The position numbers were made by a program, and so were the translations under genes. A stretch of 41,633 nucleotides of DNA from Fimbriiglobus sp. (GTDB lineage Bacteria > Planctomycetota > Planctomycetia > Gemmatales > Gemmataceae), in assembly GCA_035539575.1 (NCBI GenBank), contig DATLIF010000338.1, positions 1 to 41,633 of the forward strand, written 5' to 3'. Below the pieces are notes generated by a model, which was not told the DNA's origin, did not search any database, and saw only the letters and a program-made list of their open reading frames with translations. Of this stretch, positions 7,793 through 16,627 are shown in pieces. The stretch's first letter is position 1, and each line of letters starts with the position of its first letter.

Positions 7793-8956
7793 ATGATGGC
7801 CAACCCGCCCGACGCCAAGCCCGGCCCGTCGGCCCACGCCGCCGAGGGGTCGGGGTTTCGCCTGCTCACCCCGCTCAACGTGATGGTCCTGGCCGTCCCG
7901 GTGGCGGTCGCCCTCAAGTTCGCCGGGGCGTCGCCAGTGTGGGTGTTCGTCGGCGCGGGGCTGGGCATCATCCCGCTGGCCGGGTACATGGGCAAGGCGA
8001 CCGAGGCGCTGGCCGAGCGGCTCGGCGCCGCGGCCGGCGGCCTGCTCAACGCCACCTTCGGAAACGCGGCCGAACTCATCATCGCCCTAATGATTCTGTC
8101 TCGCGGCCCCGAGCTGTACCCGCTCGTCAAGGCGACCGTCACCGGCTCGATCATCGGCAACCTGCTCCTGGTGCTGGGGCTGGCGATCCTGGTCGGCGGG
8201 CTGCGGTTCAAGACCCAGAAGTTCGACCGCACCCACGCCGGGGTCGGGGCCACCCTGCTGGCCATCGCGGCCGCGGGACTGTTGGTCCCGACCCTCTTCT
8301 TTTACCTGCTCCCCTCGGGCCGTGCCGGGCAGACGCCCGCCGAGATCCACCTGAGCGAGGAGATCGCCGTTGTCCTGATCGTGATCTACGGGCTGAGCCT
8401 GGTGTTCACCCTGCACACGCACCGGCTCATCAGCGGTGCGGAGCAGGACCGGCACCCGGAGCAACGAGCGGGCCACGACCACTGGGGCGTGGGGCTGGCG
8501 CTGGGGGTGCTGCTGGCGTCCACCGCCGGTGTCGCGGTGCTCAGTGAGTGGCTGGTCAGCGCGATCGAGCACGCCGGTCCCGTTCTCGGGATGACCGAGA
8601 TCTTCATGGGTGTGATCGTCGTGGCGATCGTGGGCAACGCGGCCGAGCACTCGACCGCGGTGCTGGTCGCCTACCGCGACCGGATGGACCTGTCGCTCCA
8701 GATCGCGGTCGGCAGCAGCATCCAGGTGGCGCTATTCGTCGCACCTGTGCTGGTGTTCGCCAGCCTGCTGATGGGTCACTCGCCTCTACTCGACCTGCAC
8801 TTCACCCCGATGGAGGTGGCGGCGGTGGTGCTAAGTGTCGCCATCACCGCGCTGGTCTGCCAGGACGGCGAGTCGAACTGGCTGGAGGGGGCGATGCTCC
8901 TGGCCCTGTACCTGATCCTCGGCCTCGCGTTCTACAACCTGCCGGCCGCCCCCTGA
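7793..8956 (+). CDS. cax: Ca2+/H+ exchanger (CaCA/CAX family)
   Basis: About 11 TM helices and both signature alpha-repeats: GNAAELIIAL (nt ~8060) and GNAAEHSTAV (nt ~8630). Confidence 0.9.
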   Translation: MMANPPDAKPGPSAHAAEGSGFRLLTPLNVMVLAVPVAVALKFAGASPVWVFVGAGLGIIPLAGYMGKATEALAERLGAAAGGLLNATFGNAAELIIALMILSRGPELYPLVKATVTGSIIGNLLLVLGLAILVGGLRFKTQKFDRTHAGVGATLLAIAAAGLLVPTLFFYLLPSGRAGQTPAEIHLSEEIAVVLIVIYGLSLVFTLHTHRLISGAEQDRHPEQRAGHDHWGVGLALGVLLASTAGVAVLSEWLVSAIEHAGPVLGMTEIFMGVIVVAIVGNAAEHSTAVLVAYRDRMDLSLQIAVGSSIQVALFVAPVLVFASLLMGHSPLLDLHFTPMEVAAVVLSVAITALVCQDGESNWLEGAMLLALYLILGLAFYNLPAAP

Positions 8957-8977
8957 CACCCGCCCGGAGGCACCCTC

Positions 8978-10771
8978 ATGGCCCTGCGAATCGAGGACTA
9001 CGCGCTGATCGGCGACTGCCAGACGGCGGCGCTGGTCGGCACCGACGGGTCGATCGACTGGCTGTGCCTGCCGCGGTTCGACTCGGACGCGTGCTTCGCC
9101 GCGCTCCTGGGTACGCCCGACCATGGCCGCTGGCAGGTCGCCCCGACGACACCGGTTCGTTGCGTCCGCCGGTCGTATCGCGGCGACACACTGGTGCTGG
9201 ACACGGAATTCGAGACGGACGGCGGCGCGGTCCGCGTCACCGACTTCATGCCGATCCGCGGCAAGGCGCCGGACGTGGTGCGGATCGTCGAGGGGGTGCG
9301 CGGCCGGGTGTCGATGCGGTCGGAACTGGTGATCCGGTTCGACTACGGGTCGTTCGTCCCGTGGGTCCGGCGGGCGGCCGACGGAATCCGTGCCGTCGCC
9401 GGCCCGGACTCGCTCCAACTCCACACGACCGCCGAGACCCACGGCGAGAACCTGAAGACGGTCTCCGAGTTCGCGGTGGCCGCGGGTCAGCGAGTGCCGT
9501 TCGTGCTCACCTGGGAGCACTCTTACGAGCCGGAGCCGGCGGCGATCGACCCGGAGCAGGCGTTGCGGGACACCTTGTCGTGGTGGGGCGAGTGGTCGGC
9601 CCGCTGCACCTACGACGGCGAGTGGCGCGACCTGGTCGTGCGGTCGCTCATCACGCTCAAGGCGTTGACATACATGCCGTCCGGTGGGATCGTGGCGGCC
9701 GCGACCACCTCGCTGCCGGAGAAGATCGGAGGCGTGCGGAACTGGGACTACCGCTACTGCTGGCTGCGAGACGCCACCCTCACCCTGTTGGCCCTGATCA
9801 ACGCCGGGTTCGTGGACGAGGCCCGGGAGTGGGGCGACTGGCTGCTGCGGGCCGTGGCCGGCGACCCGAGCCGGACGAAGATCATGTACGGGCTGGCCGG
9901 GGAGCGGCGGCTGCCCGAGTACGAAGTACCGTGGCTGCCGGGGTACGAGGGATCGAAGCCGGTCCGGGTCGGGAACGCCGCCCACGACCAGTTCCAGCTC
10001 GATGTGTACGGCGAGGTCTGCGACGTCCTGCACCACGCCCGGCTGGCCGGCTTCCGGCCGCGAGAGGTGAGCTGGAACCTGGCCCGATCCCTGGTCGGGT
10101 TCGTCGTGGCCGCGTGGCGCGAACCGGACGAGGGCATCTGGGAAGTCCGCGGCCCCCGGCAGCACTTCACCCACTCGAAGGTCATGGCCTGGGTCGCCCT
10201 CGACCGGGTCATCAAGTCGGCCGAGCACTTCAAGATGGAGGCCCCGCTCAGGGAGTGGCGGCGGGTGCGAAAGGCGATCCACGACCGCGTCTGTCAGGAC
10301 GGGTACAACGCCGAACTCAACTCGTTCACCCAGGCGTTCGGGTCGAAGCTGCTCGACGCGAGCTTGCTGATGATCCCGCTGGTCGGGTTCCTACCGCCGG
10401 ACGACCCGCGTGTCGTCGGGACGGTGGCCGCGGTGGAGAAGTACCTGCGCAAGGACGGGTTCGTGGCCCGGTACGACACCGGACAGACCAACGACGGCCT
10501 ACCGCCGGGCGAGGGGGCGTTCCTGCCCTGCACATTCTGGCTGGCCGACTGCTACGCTCAGATGGGCCGGCGCGACGAGGCCCGGGAGCTGTTCGGGCGG
10601 CTGACCGGCCTGTGCAACGACGTGGGCCTGCTCGCCGAGGAGTACGACCCCGTGGCCGGTCGGCTGGTCGGCAACTTCCCGCAGGCGTTCAGTCACGTCG
10701 GGTTGGTGAACACCGCGTTCAATCTGTCTCGACCGGCCGAGTGCCCGGCCGAGCAGCGCAAGCGAGCGTGA
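8978..10771 (+). CDS. Glycoside hydrolase family 15 protein (glucoamylase/trehalase-like)
   Basis: Classic GH15 N-terminus IEDYALIGDCQTAALVGTDGSIDWLCLPRFDSDACFAALLG. Also RNWDYRYCWLRDA, QFQLDVYGE, GIWEVRG, HFTHSKVMAWVALDR, NFPQAFSHVGLVNTA. GGAGG lies 7 nt upstream of the ATG. Confidence 0.9.
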   Translation: MALRIEDYALIGDCQTAALVGTDGSIDWLCLPRFDSDACFAALLGTPDHGRWQVAPTTPVRCVRRSYRGDTLVLDTEFETDGGAVRVTDFMPIRGKAPDVVRIVEGVRGRVSMRSELVIRFDYGSFVPWVRRAADGIRAVAGPDSLQLHTTAETHGENLKTVSEFAVAAGQRVPFVLTWEHSYEPEPAAIDPEQALRDTLSWWGEWSARCTYDGEWRDLVVRSLITLKALTYMPSGGIVAAATTSLPEKIGGVRNWDYRYCWLRDATLTLLALINAGFVDEAREWGDWLLRAVAGDPSRTKIMYGLAGERRLPEYEVPWLPGYEGSKPVRVGNAAHDQFQLDVYGEVCDVLHHARLAGFRPREVSWNLARSLVGFVVAAWREPDEGIWEVRGPRQHFTHSKVMAWVALDRVIKSAEHFKMEAPLREWRRVRKAIHDRVCQDGYNAELNSFTQAFGSKLLDASLLMIPLVGFLPPDDPRVVGTVAAVEKYLRKDGFVARYDTGQTNDGLPPGEGAFLPCTFWLADCYAQMGRRDEARELFGRLTGLCNDVGLLAEEYDPVAGRLVGNFPQAFSHVGLVNTAFNLSRPAECPAEQRKRA

Positions 10772-10780
10772 CGCCGCTCG

Positions 10781-11080
10781 TCACACCGCGGTCCGCTGAT
10801 ACCGTTCCCGCTCCCAGTTGAATTCCCGGTCCCGCCGCAGGTGGTGGTAAGCCAGCCCGACGAACGCGATCCCCAGCCCGATCACCGCGCATGCCGTCAG
10901 GAAGATCAGGATGAACACCAGCGGCCGGTCCATTTGAGACAGCTTCACTAGGACCGGGGTCCCGTCGTCGGTCCCGGCCCGGACCGCCTGATACCGGTTG
11001 CCGATCCCGATGGCGGTCAGCCCCAGGCCGAGGAACGCCCCCGCCGCGATGATCGCCCCGCAGAGTGCTCGCATCGACAC
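10781..11080 (-). CDS. Small hypothetical membrane protein (99 aa, two predicted TM helices)
   Basis: ORF with two long hydrophobic segments (ALCGAIIAAGAFLGLGLTAIGIG and PLVFILIFLTACAVIGLGIAFVGLAY). It is co-directional with, and 30 nt downstream of, the preceding small ORF. I recognise no homology. Confidence 0.5.
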   Translation of the reverse strand: MSMRALCGAIIAAGAFLGLGLTAIGIGNRYQAVRAGTDDGTPVLVKLSQMDRPLVFILIFLTACAVIGLGIAFVGLAYHHLRRDREFNWERERYQRTAV

Positions 11081-11110
11081 GCCCTCCCGTGTGAGGCCCG
11101 TCGGGGCCGG

Positions 11111-11302
11111 TTATCGCAGCATGCCTTCCAACATCGACAGCGCCCCGCCGCAGACCAGCAGGATCACGCCCAGGATCATGATGATTGCGCCGCAGCCGCA
11201 GCTCGGCCAGCAGCCGTAGGGGCCCTTCGGTCCCCACTGCTCATTGCCGCCGCCGACCCGACCGAAGAACCCGCCGCCGCCCAGTCCGCCGTCGGTGCTC
11301 AT
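11111..11302 (-). CDS. Tiny Gly-rich / Cys-rich membrane protein (63 aa)
   Basis: I start it at the internal Met: MSTDGGLGGGGFFGRVGGGNEQWGPKGPYGCWPSCGCGAIIMILGVILLVCGGALSMLEGMLR. That start is 29 nt downstream of the M48 gene stop on the same strand. The ORF track's longer version (to 11398) would overlap the M48 gene. Confidence 0.4.
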   Translation of the reverse strand: MSTDGGLGGGGFFGRVGGGNEQWGPKGPYGCWPSCGCGAIIMILGVILLVCGGALSMLEGMLR

Positions 11303-11331
11303 GAGACCGGCCCTCGTGGTGTTGCCGCCGC

Positions 11332-12105
11332 TCACCGCGGCGAAGCGACCCGCCCCTCGTCGAACGCCTGCTTCGCCGCCCGGGCCTGCGGCGCCCACCG
11401 CCGGATGTCGCGGACCCGGGTCTCCGGGCTGGGGTGGCTCGACAGGAACTCGGGCAGCCCCGCTCCGCCCCGGGACATCATCCGCTGCCAGAACTCGGCC
11501 GCCTCGTCCGGGTCGTACCCCGCGAACGGCAGCAGGAAGACGCCGATGTGGTCGGCTTCCGACTCCTGCTGCCGGTCATATTGAAGGCTACTCAGGATGT
11601 TCCCGCCGCCCTGCAGCCGGGCCACCCGCTCGCTACCGTGGTGCGCCAGGGCATGGGCCATCTCGTGCGCCAGCACAGACGCCAGTTCACCGTCGTCCGC
11701 GGCCACCCGCAGGATGCCGGTGAATACGAAGATCTTGCCGGCCGGCAGGCAGAAGGCGTTGGCCTGCCGCTCGCGGATGACATCGGCCTCCCACTCGAAC
11801 CGGTAGCCCCGCACCTTCAGGTTGATCTCCCGCTGAAGTGGTTCGATCCCGGCGGCCCGTACCAGCTTTTCGGCCACCCGGCGGACCCGTTGGACATCCG
11901 GGGCGTCGTCCGGCAGGATCAAGTCCCGGTACTCGGCTCGCACCTCCTGGGCGGTCCGACGGCCGACCGCCAGTTCCTGCTGCGGGGTCAGGGCGAGCGC
12001 CTGATCTCGTCCGCCGGGGCCGTCCCCGGGCCGCTGCGGCGCCTCGGCGAGGCCACACCCGGCGATCAGGACGGCCACCCAACAGACCGCCGCGCGTGCT
12101 CGCAT
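11332..12105 (-). CDS. M48-family zinc metallopeptidase, lipoprotein
   Basis: HEMAHALAHH (HExxH). Signal peptide with lipobox VLIAGC. M48-like C-terminal ESEADHIG. 257 aa. Confidence 0.85.
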   Translation of the reverse strand: MRARAAVCWVAVLIAGCGLAEAPQRPGDGPGGRDQALALTPQQELAVGRRTAQEVRAEYRDLILPDDAPDVQRVRRVAEKLVRAAGIEPLQREINLKVRGYRFEWEADVIRERQANAFCLPAGKIFVFTGILRVAADDGELASVLAHEMAHALAHHGSERVARLQGGGNILSSLQYDRQQESEADHIGVFLLPFAGYDPDEAAEFWQRMMSRGGAGLPEFLSSHPSPETRVRDIRRWAPQARAAKQAFDEGRVASPR

Positions 12106-12235
12106 CGGTTGCCCCCGGGCTGATCGTCACCCGGCTCGCGACTCAATTGGCGGCCCGGGCGCAACCATGTTAGGCAGCACCTTGGACCAACGGGCAAGAT
12201 TTCGTACCGTTCTTCCGGGAGGACTGGGACCAAAC

Positions 12236-13249
12236 ATGACCTCGACCGACGCCATCGTAGTCGGGCAGGGCTTCGCGGGGACGGCCGTGGCTTGGGCCCT
12301 CCGGTGGTACGGGCACCGTGTCACCGTCATCGATCGGGCGTCCGATGTGACAGCATCCCGGGTCGCGGCCGGGCTGATTACACCAATCACCGGCCAGCGT
12401 CTGGCGAAGTCATGGCAGTTCGACGAGCTGTGGCCGGCGGCGACGGTGTTCTACCGACGGGTCGAGTCGGAACTTCGATCCCCGGTCCTCCACCTCGGCC
12501 CGTCGCTTCGACTCTTTGCCGACGCCGGCGAGGTGGCCGTCTTCGGCCGTCAGGCGAACCGCTTCCCCGAGTTGGTCGGCCCGCCCGATCCGCCGGTGGT
12601 CGTCGAAGCATTCACGGCCCCGCTTGGGGGGTTCCAGATGGCGCCCGCCGCGTGGCTGGACGCGACGGCGTACCTCGACGCTTCACGACGCCACTTCGAG
12701 CGAGAAGGCTGTTATCTCTCGGCGAAGGTGGACCCGAGTCACGACATCGAACTGGCCCCCGACTGGGTTCGACTGCCCCGTCTCGATATCCGCGGCCGCT
12801 GGCTCGTGTTCTGCCAGGGGTACGACGCGGCGGGCAATCCGTGGCTACCCGGCATGCAGGTCCACCCGGTCCAGGGCGAGATCCTGACACTGCGGATCGC
12901 CGGTCTGAGCGAGCGACGGGTCGTCCACCGGGGGGTCTGGCTCGCCCCGCGCGGCGGCGACACCTTCCTGGCCGGCTCGACGTACGACCGCGGCCGCCAC
13001 GACAGCGTCCCCACGACCCGCGGCCGGGACGAGATCTGTGCGCGAGTACGGGAGTTCCTCCGCCTGCCGTTTGACGTGATCGACCACCGGGCGGCGGTGC
13101 GGCCGGTCGCCCCCGGGAACCGGCCGGTGTTCGGTGTGAACCCCGAACGCCCTCAACTGGGTTACCTGAACGGGCTTGGCTCGAAGGGGGCACTCCAGGC
13201 GCCATACTTCGCCGACTTGCTGGCGAGCCGGCTGGTAAGTACCTGGTAA
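12236..13249 (+). CDS. FAD-dependent oxidoreductase (DAO family-like)
   Basis: N-terminal dinucleotide fold DAIVVGQGFAGTAVAWAL...VTVIDR. C-terminal LNGLGSKGAL, typical of the DAO family. I prefer ATG 12236 (GGGAGGA about 15 nt upstream) to the track's 12167. Confidence 0.75.
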   Translation: MTSTDAIVVGQGFAGTAVAWALRWYGHRVTVIDRASDVTASRVAAGLITPITGQRLAKSWQFDELWPAATVFYRRVESELRSPVLHLGPSLRLFADAGEVAVFGRQANRFPELVGPPDPPVVVEAFTAPLGGFQMAPAAWLDATAYLDASRRHFEREGCYLSAKVDPSHDIELAPDWVRLPRLDIRGRWLVFCQGYDAAGNPWLPGMQVHPVQGEILTLRIAGLSERRVVHRGVWLAPRGGDTFLAGSTYDRGRHDSVPTTRGRDEICARVREFLRLPFDVIDHRAAVRPVAPGNRPVFGVNPERPQLGYLNGLGSKGALQAPYFADLLASRLVSTW

Positions 13250-13300
13250 GAAAGCCGCATACCTGATCGCGTGTGATCGCAACCAACAAGGGTCGTGCCG

Positions 13301-14092
13301 ATGGACTTGCAACTGACGGGCGACACGGCCGTGGTCTTCGGCGCGGCGCGGGGGCTGGGGTACGCGATCGCGGCGGCGTTCGCGGCCGAGGGGGCACGGG
13401 TGGTACTTGCCGACGCATCCGCCACGGTGGCCGAGGCCGCACGCGCCGTCCCCGACGCCCGATCCGCCGTCGTGGACGTGACGGATTACCCGGCGGTGCG
13501 GGCCTACGCCGAGCGACTCTTGTCCGAGCCCAGCGGCGTGCATCACGTCGTGTACGCGGTCGGGGTCGGGTCAGGGAAGTTCGGGTTCCCGTTCTGGAAC
13601 CTTGACCCGGCGGACTGGGACCGGGTGCTGCGGGTGAACCTCGTCGGGGCGGCGAACGTGGCCCACGCCTTCGCCCCGGCCATGGCCGCGGCCCGGCGGG
13701 GGACGATGGCGTTCCTCTCGTCGGTGGCCGGGCAGATCGGGTCGCAGTCCGACCCGCCCTACAGCGCCGCCAAGGCCGGGCTGATCAACTTCGCCCAGTG
13801 TGCGGCCAAGGACCTGGCGCCGTTCGGCGTGCGGGTGAACACGCTCTGCCCCGGCATGGTGCAGACGCCGCTGAACCGATCCGTCTGGCAGTCGTGGGCG
13901 GACCGCCAGCCGGCCGACGCGCGACAGTCCTACGAGGAGTGGACGGCGGAAAAGATCCGCCGGCTGGTCCCGCTCAACCGGTGGCAGACGCCCGAGGACG
14001 TGGCCGCGATGGCGGTCTTCCTGGCCTCGCCGCGGGCGCAGAACGTCACCGGCCAGACGATCAACGTGGACGGCGGATACGTCATGAGATGA
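13301..14092 (+). CDS. Short-chain dehydrogenase/reductase (SDR) family oxidoreductase
   Basis: TAVVFGAARGLGYAIA cofactor motif, SSVAG, catalytic YSAAKAG, PGMVQTP. Alternative GTG start at 13295. Confidence 0.9.
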   Translation: MDLQLTGDTAVVFGAARGLGYAIAAAFAAEGARVVLADASATVAEAARAVPDARSAVVDVTDYPAVRAYAERLLSEPSGVHHVVYAVGVGSGKFGFPFWNLDPADWDRVLRVNLVGAANVAHAFAPAMAAARRGTMAFLSSVAGQIGSQSDPPYSAAKAGLINFAQCAAKDLAPFGVRVNTLCPGMVQTPLNRSVWQSWADRQPADARQSYEEWTAEKIRRLVPLNRWQTPEDVAAMAVFLASPRAQNVTGQTINVDGGYVMR

Positions 14093-14114
14093 CGGCCCCG
14101 CCCCATCGAATCAG

Positions 14115-15494
14115 TCACCGGACCTGGAGTTGCGAGCGGCCGCGAGGCAAATCGAAACAGACGACAACGTCACGGCCGTCACGCCGCCAGGTGCCGGATT
14201 TCAGGTCTAGCGGCCTCGACACCTCACGCAGGGCGGCCGCCTCCTTGCCCGTCGTGATCCGCGGCGCGGCGTCCCCGGCAGACTCCACCTTCAGGGTGAA
14301 CCGCGGGCTGGCGAACGGAGCGTCCAGCGCGACCACGCCGTCCGCGTGCCCGATCCGCGTCAACTCCTTCGCCGCCCAGTACCTGGCGATCTCGCTGAGC
14401 TTCATCCACAGCAGGTGGTCGTACCGCTTGTGCAGCCGACGGACCGCCTCCTGAAATACCTTGAACCCGACCTCCTCGCCGTTGAAGTAGATGCCGGTCC
14501 AGTGGCAGACCAGGCAGGCCGGCTCGCCCCGCTCGACCACGTCCACCAGCCGGCCGGACTTCAGGTCCGCGGTGATGAACTTGTCCACGCTGCCACGGTC
14601 GGAGCAGTCCCAGCCGCCGGTCCAGTCGCCGGTGCAGCCGATGACAGACACCACACACTTCGGGTCAGGACCGTCCAGGCCGGAGACGTTCTCGACCCGC
14701 GGGGCAACGCTCCGGTCGCCCCGGTCGTACAGGTGGCGGAAGTAGTGCGGAACCTCCGCCTTGAAGACGTCGCGGCACGACTCCAGCGTGGCCCGTGATA
14801 ACTCCGGGAGAACCCTGCCGGCGAACCCGCCGGGCGTGGTGATCCCCTCACACGGCAGTCCGACGTTCTTGAGGATCTTCAGCGCGTAGGCCATGTAGTC
14901 GGCCAGCTCGTCCGCCGACCGGCCGACGGTCCAGTCCCAGTTCTCCTGATACCGAATGCTCCGTTCGGGGTGCGGTTGGCCGGTTTTCGTGTCGATGACC
15001 CAGGTGTGCGTGACCATCTCCGGGTGGATGTCCCAGTCCGACAGCAGGCGCTTGCGGACGAGATCCAGGCTGTTGTCGAGGGCCTCGGCCGTCCAGCCGG
15101 GGAGGACGCGGTCGAGCCGGCCGACGCACGCCGGGTACGGGACGACGCTGTACTTTCCCTTGACGCCGTGTTCGCCGCACCAGTCGGCGAACTTGCGGAC
15201 GAAGTCGTCCGGGATCTCGTTCGGCCAGTCGCGCCACGGCTGCCGCCATTCCCTCTTCTTGCCCCAGGCGGCGGCGAACTGCGGGATCGCGAACTTGTTC
15301 AGGTTCACCAGGCAGGTCGAGTCGTCGATGATGAACGACACCGGCACCCGGCCCTGCGGGTTGAGGACCGTCACGCCCTTGTCGCGGGCCGGCCGGTCGC
15401 CGGGCACCTGGGCGAACACACCAGAGGTGAGGCTCGCCGCGCCGAACGACTGGGCCGCCGTCCGCAAGAAGTGCCGCCGCGTAACCTGCTCCAT
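14115..15494 (-). CDS. Tat-exported hypothetical protein (459 aa), possibly a carbohydrate-active/deacetylase-like fold
   Basis: Twin-arginine signal TRRHFLRTAAQSFGAASL when started at Met 15494. That start leaves 16 nt to the upstream gene, whereas the track's 15554 would overlap it. I recognise no named family; the fold suggestion is weak. Confidence 0.7.
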   Translation of the reverse strand: MEQVTRRHFLRTAAQSFGAASLTSGVFAQVPGDRPARDKGVTVLNPQGRVPVSFIIDDSTCLVNLNKFAIPQFAAAWGKKREWRQPWRDWPNEIPDDFVRKFADWCGEHGVKGKYSVVPYPACVGRLDRVLPGWTAEALDNSLDLVRKRLLSDWDIHPEMVTHTWVIDTKTGQPHPERSIRYQENWDWTVGRSADELADYMAYALKILKNVGLPCEGITTPGGFAGRVLPELSRATLESCRDVFKAEVPHYFRHLYDRGDRSVAPRVENVSGLDGPDPKCVVSVIGCTGDWTGGWDCSDRGSVDKFITADLKSGRLVDVVERGEPACLVCHWTGIYFNGEEVGFKVFQEAVRRLHKRYDHLLWMKLSEIARYWAAKELTRIGHADGVVALDAPFASPRFTLKVESAGDAAPRITTGKEAAALREVSRPLDLKSGTWRRDGRDVVVCFDLPRGRSQLQVR

Positions 15495-15510
15495 CGGACG
15501 GACCCCCTTA

Positions 15511-16578
15511 TCACCCGGAGAGCCAGCGGTCGAGGTTGTCGCGAACGAACTCATCGTCGGTCAGGTGCGGGTAGGCGCGGCAGACGCGGTCGATCTCCTC
15601 GGCCTGGCCAGGGCTGAGCGTCTCGCGCGGGTCCAGGCACCACGTCCCGGCCAGAATCCCCTGGCGGCGCAGCACCTCGTGGACCCCGGCAATGCAGCCG
15701 GCGAACCCGTTGGCCGCGTCGAAGATCGCCGCGTTGGCGTCGGTCAGTTCGCCGTTGAGGCGGAGCAACTCCGCCGGTACGGCCCCGCCGGCCGTTACCT
15801 CGTGGCAGGCCCGCAGCAACTCCACCGTCCGACGGGTCCAGACCGCCCACTGGCCGAGCAGCCCGCCGACGATCCGCCGCTCGACCTTCTGGACGCAGTT
15901 CTGGAACCGGAACGGCGTCACCAGGTCGAGCACGATGTTGTCGTCGTTCCCCGTGTACAGGGCGATATCGTCGCGGCCGGCCTCGACCACCGCCCGCACC
16001 ACGTCGAGCGTCTGGTAACGGTTGAACGGCGCGATCTTGACCGCGACCACGTTCTCGACCTCGGCCAGCCGCCGCCAGAACCCGAACGGCAGCACACGCC
16101 CGCCGACCGCCGGCTGGAGGTAGAAGCCGACGACCGGCAGGACCGCCGCCAGCCGCCGGCAGTGGTTGAGGAGCCCGTCCTCGGTCTCGGCCTGAAGCGC
16201 CCCCAGGCTCACCAGCACCGCGTGGTAGCCGCACTCGCGGGCCAGTTCCGCCTCGGCGACCGCCTGTCGGGTCGGGCCGCAGGCACCGGCAATCCGCACG
16301 ACCGGCTCCGGCCGGCGGCGGTCGGCCCGGTCCATCTCCTCGGCGACCAGTTCCAGCACCGGCCGCAACAGGGCGTGCTTCGGGTCGCGGATGGCGAACT
16401 GCGTCGTGTGGACGCCGACCGCCAGCCCACCGGCCCCAGCGTCAAGGTAGTACCGGATCAATACCCGCTGACGGCGCTCGTCGAGCCGCCGGTCGGCTGT
16501 CAGCGCCAGCGGGCAGGCCGGGATCACCTGCCCGCGCCGCAGGGCGCCACCGACCCGTGAGTCAAGTCGTATCGTCAT
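15511..16578 (-). CDS. DapA/N-acetylneuraminate-lyase-family (class I aldolase) protein
   Basis: TIM-barrel-like pattern AGGLAVGVHTTQF, VIGFYLQP-like VVGFYLQPAVGG, and a candidate Schiff-base lysine in VVAVKIAPF. 355 aa. Confidence 0.65.
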   Translation of the reverse strand: MTIRLDSRVGGALRRGQVIPACPLALTADRRLDERRQRVLIRYYLDAGAGGLAVGVHTTQFAIRDPKHALLRPVLELVAEEMDRADRRRPEPVVRIAGACGPTRQAVAEAELARECGYHAVLVSLGALQAETEDGLLNHCRRLAAVLPVVGFYLQPAVGGRVLPFGFWRRLAEVENVVAVKIAPFNRYQTLDVVRAVVEAGRDDIALYTGNDDNIVLDLVTPFRFQNCVQKVERRIVGGLLGQWAVWTRRTVELLRACHEVTAGGAVPAELLRLNGELTDANAAIFDAANGFAGCIAGVHEVLRRQGILAGTWCLDPRETLSPGQAEEIDRVCRAYPHLTDDEFVRDNLDRWLSG

Positions 16579-16627
16579 GGGAGTTCGTTTCGGCTCGCTC
16601 GGGAAGTACGGTCGGGGGACTCGGCCT

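Noticed and set aside
10768-10784. Short hairpin (GTGACG-CCGCT-CGTCAC) over the GH15 stop codon as a bidirectional terminator
   Set aside because: The stem is only 6 bp with no T-tract, which is too weak to call. Similar short palindromes are frequent in GC-rich DNA.
8548-10821. 757-aa alternative-frame ORF on the plus strand and 483-aa minus-strand ORF (8831-10282) over the GH15 locus
   Set aside because: The GH15 frame (8978-10771) has the textbook family N-terminus and catalytic-region motifs. The competing frames are Arg/Gly/Pro-rich with no motifs.
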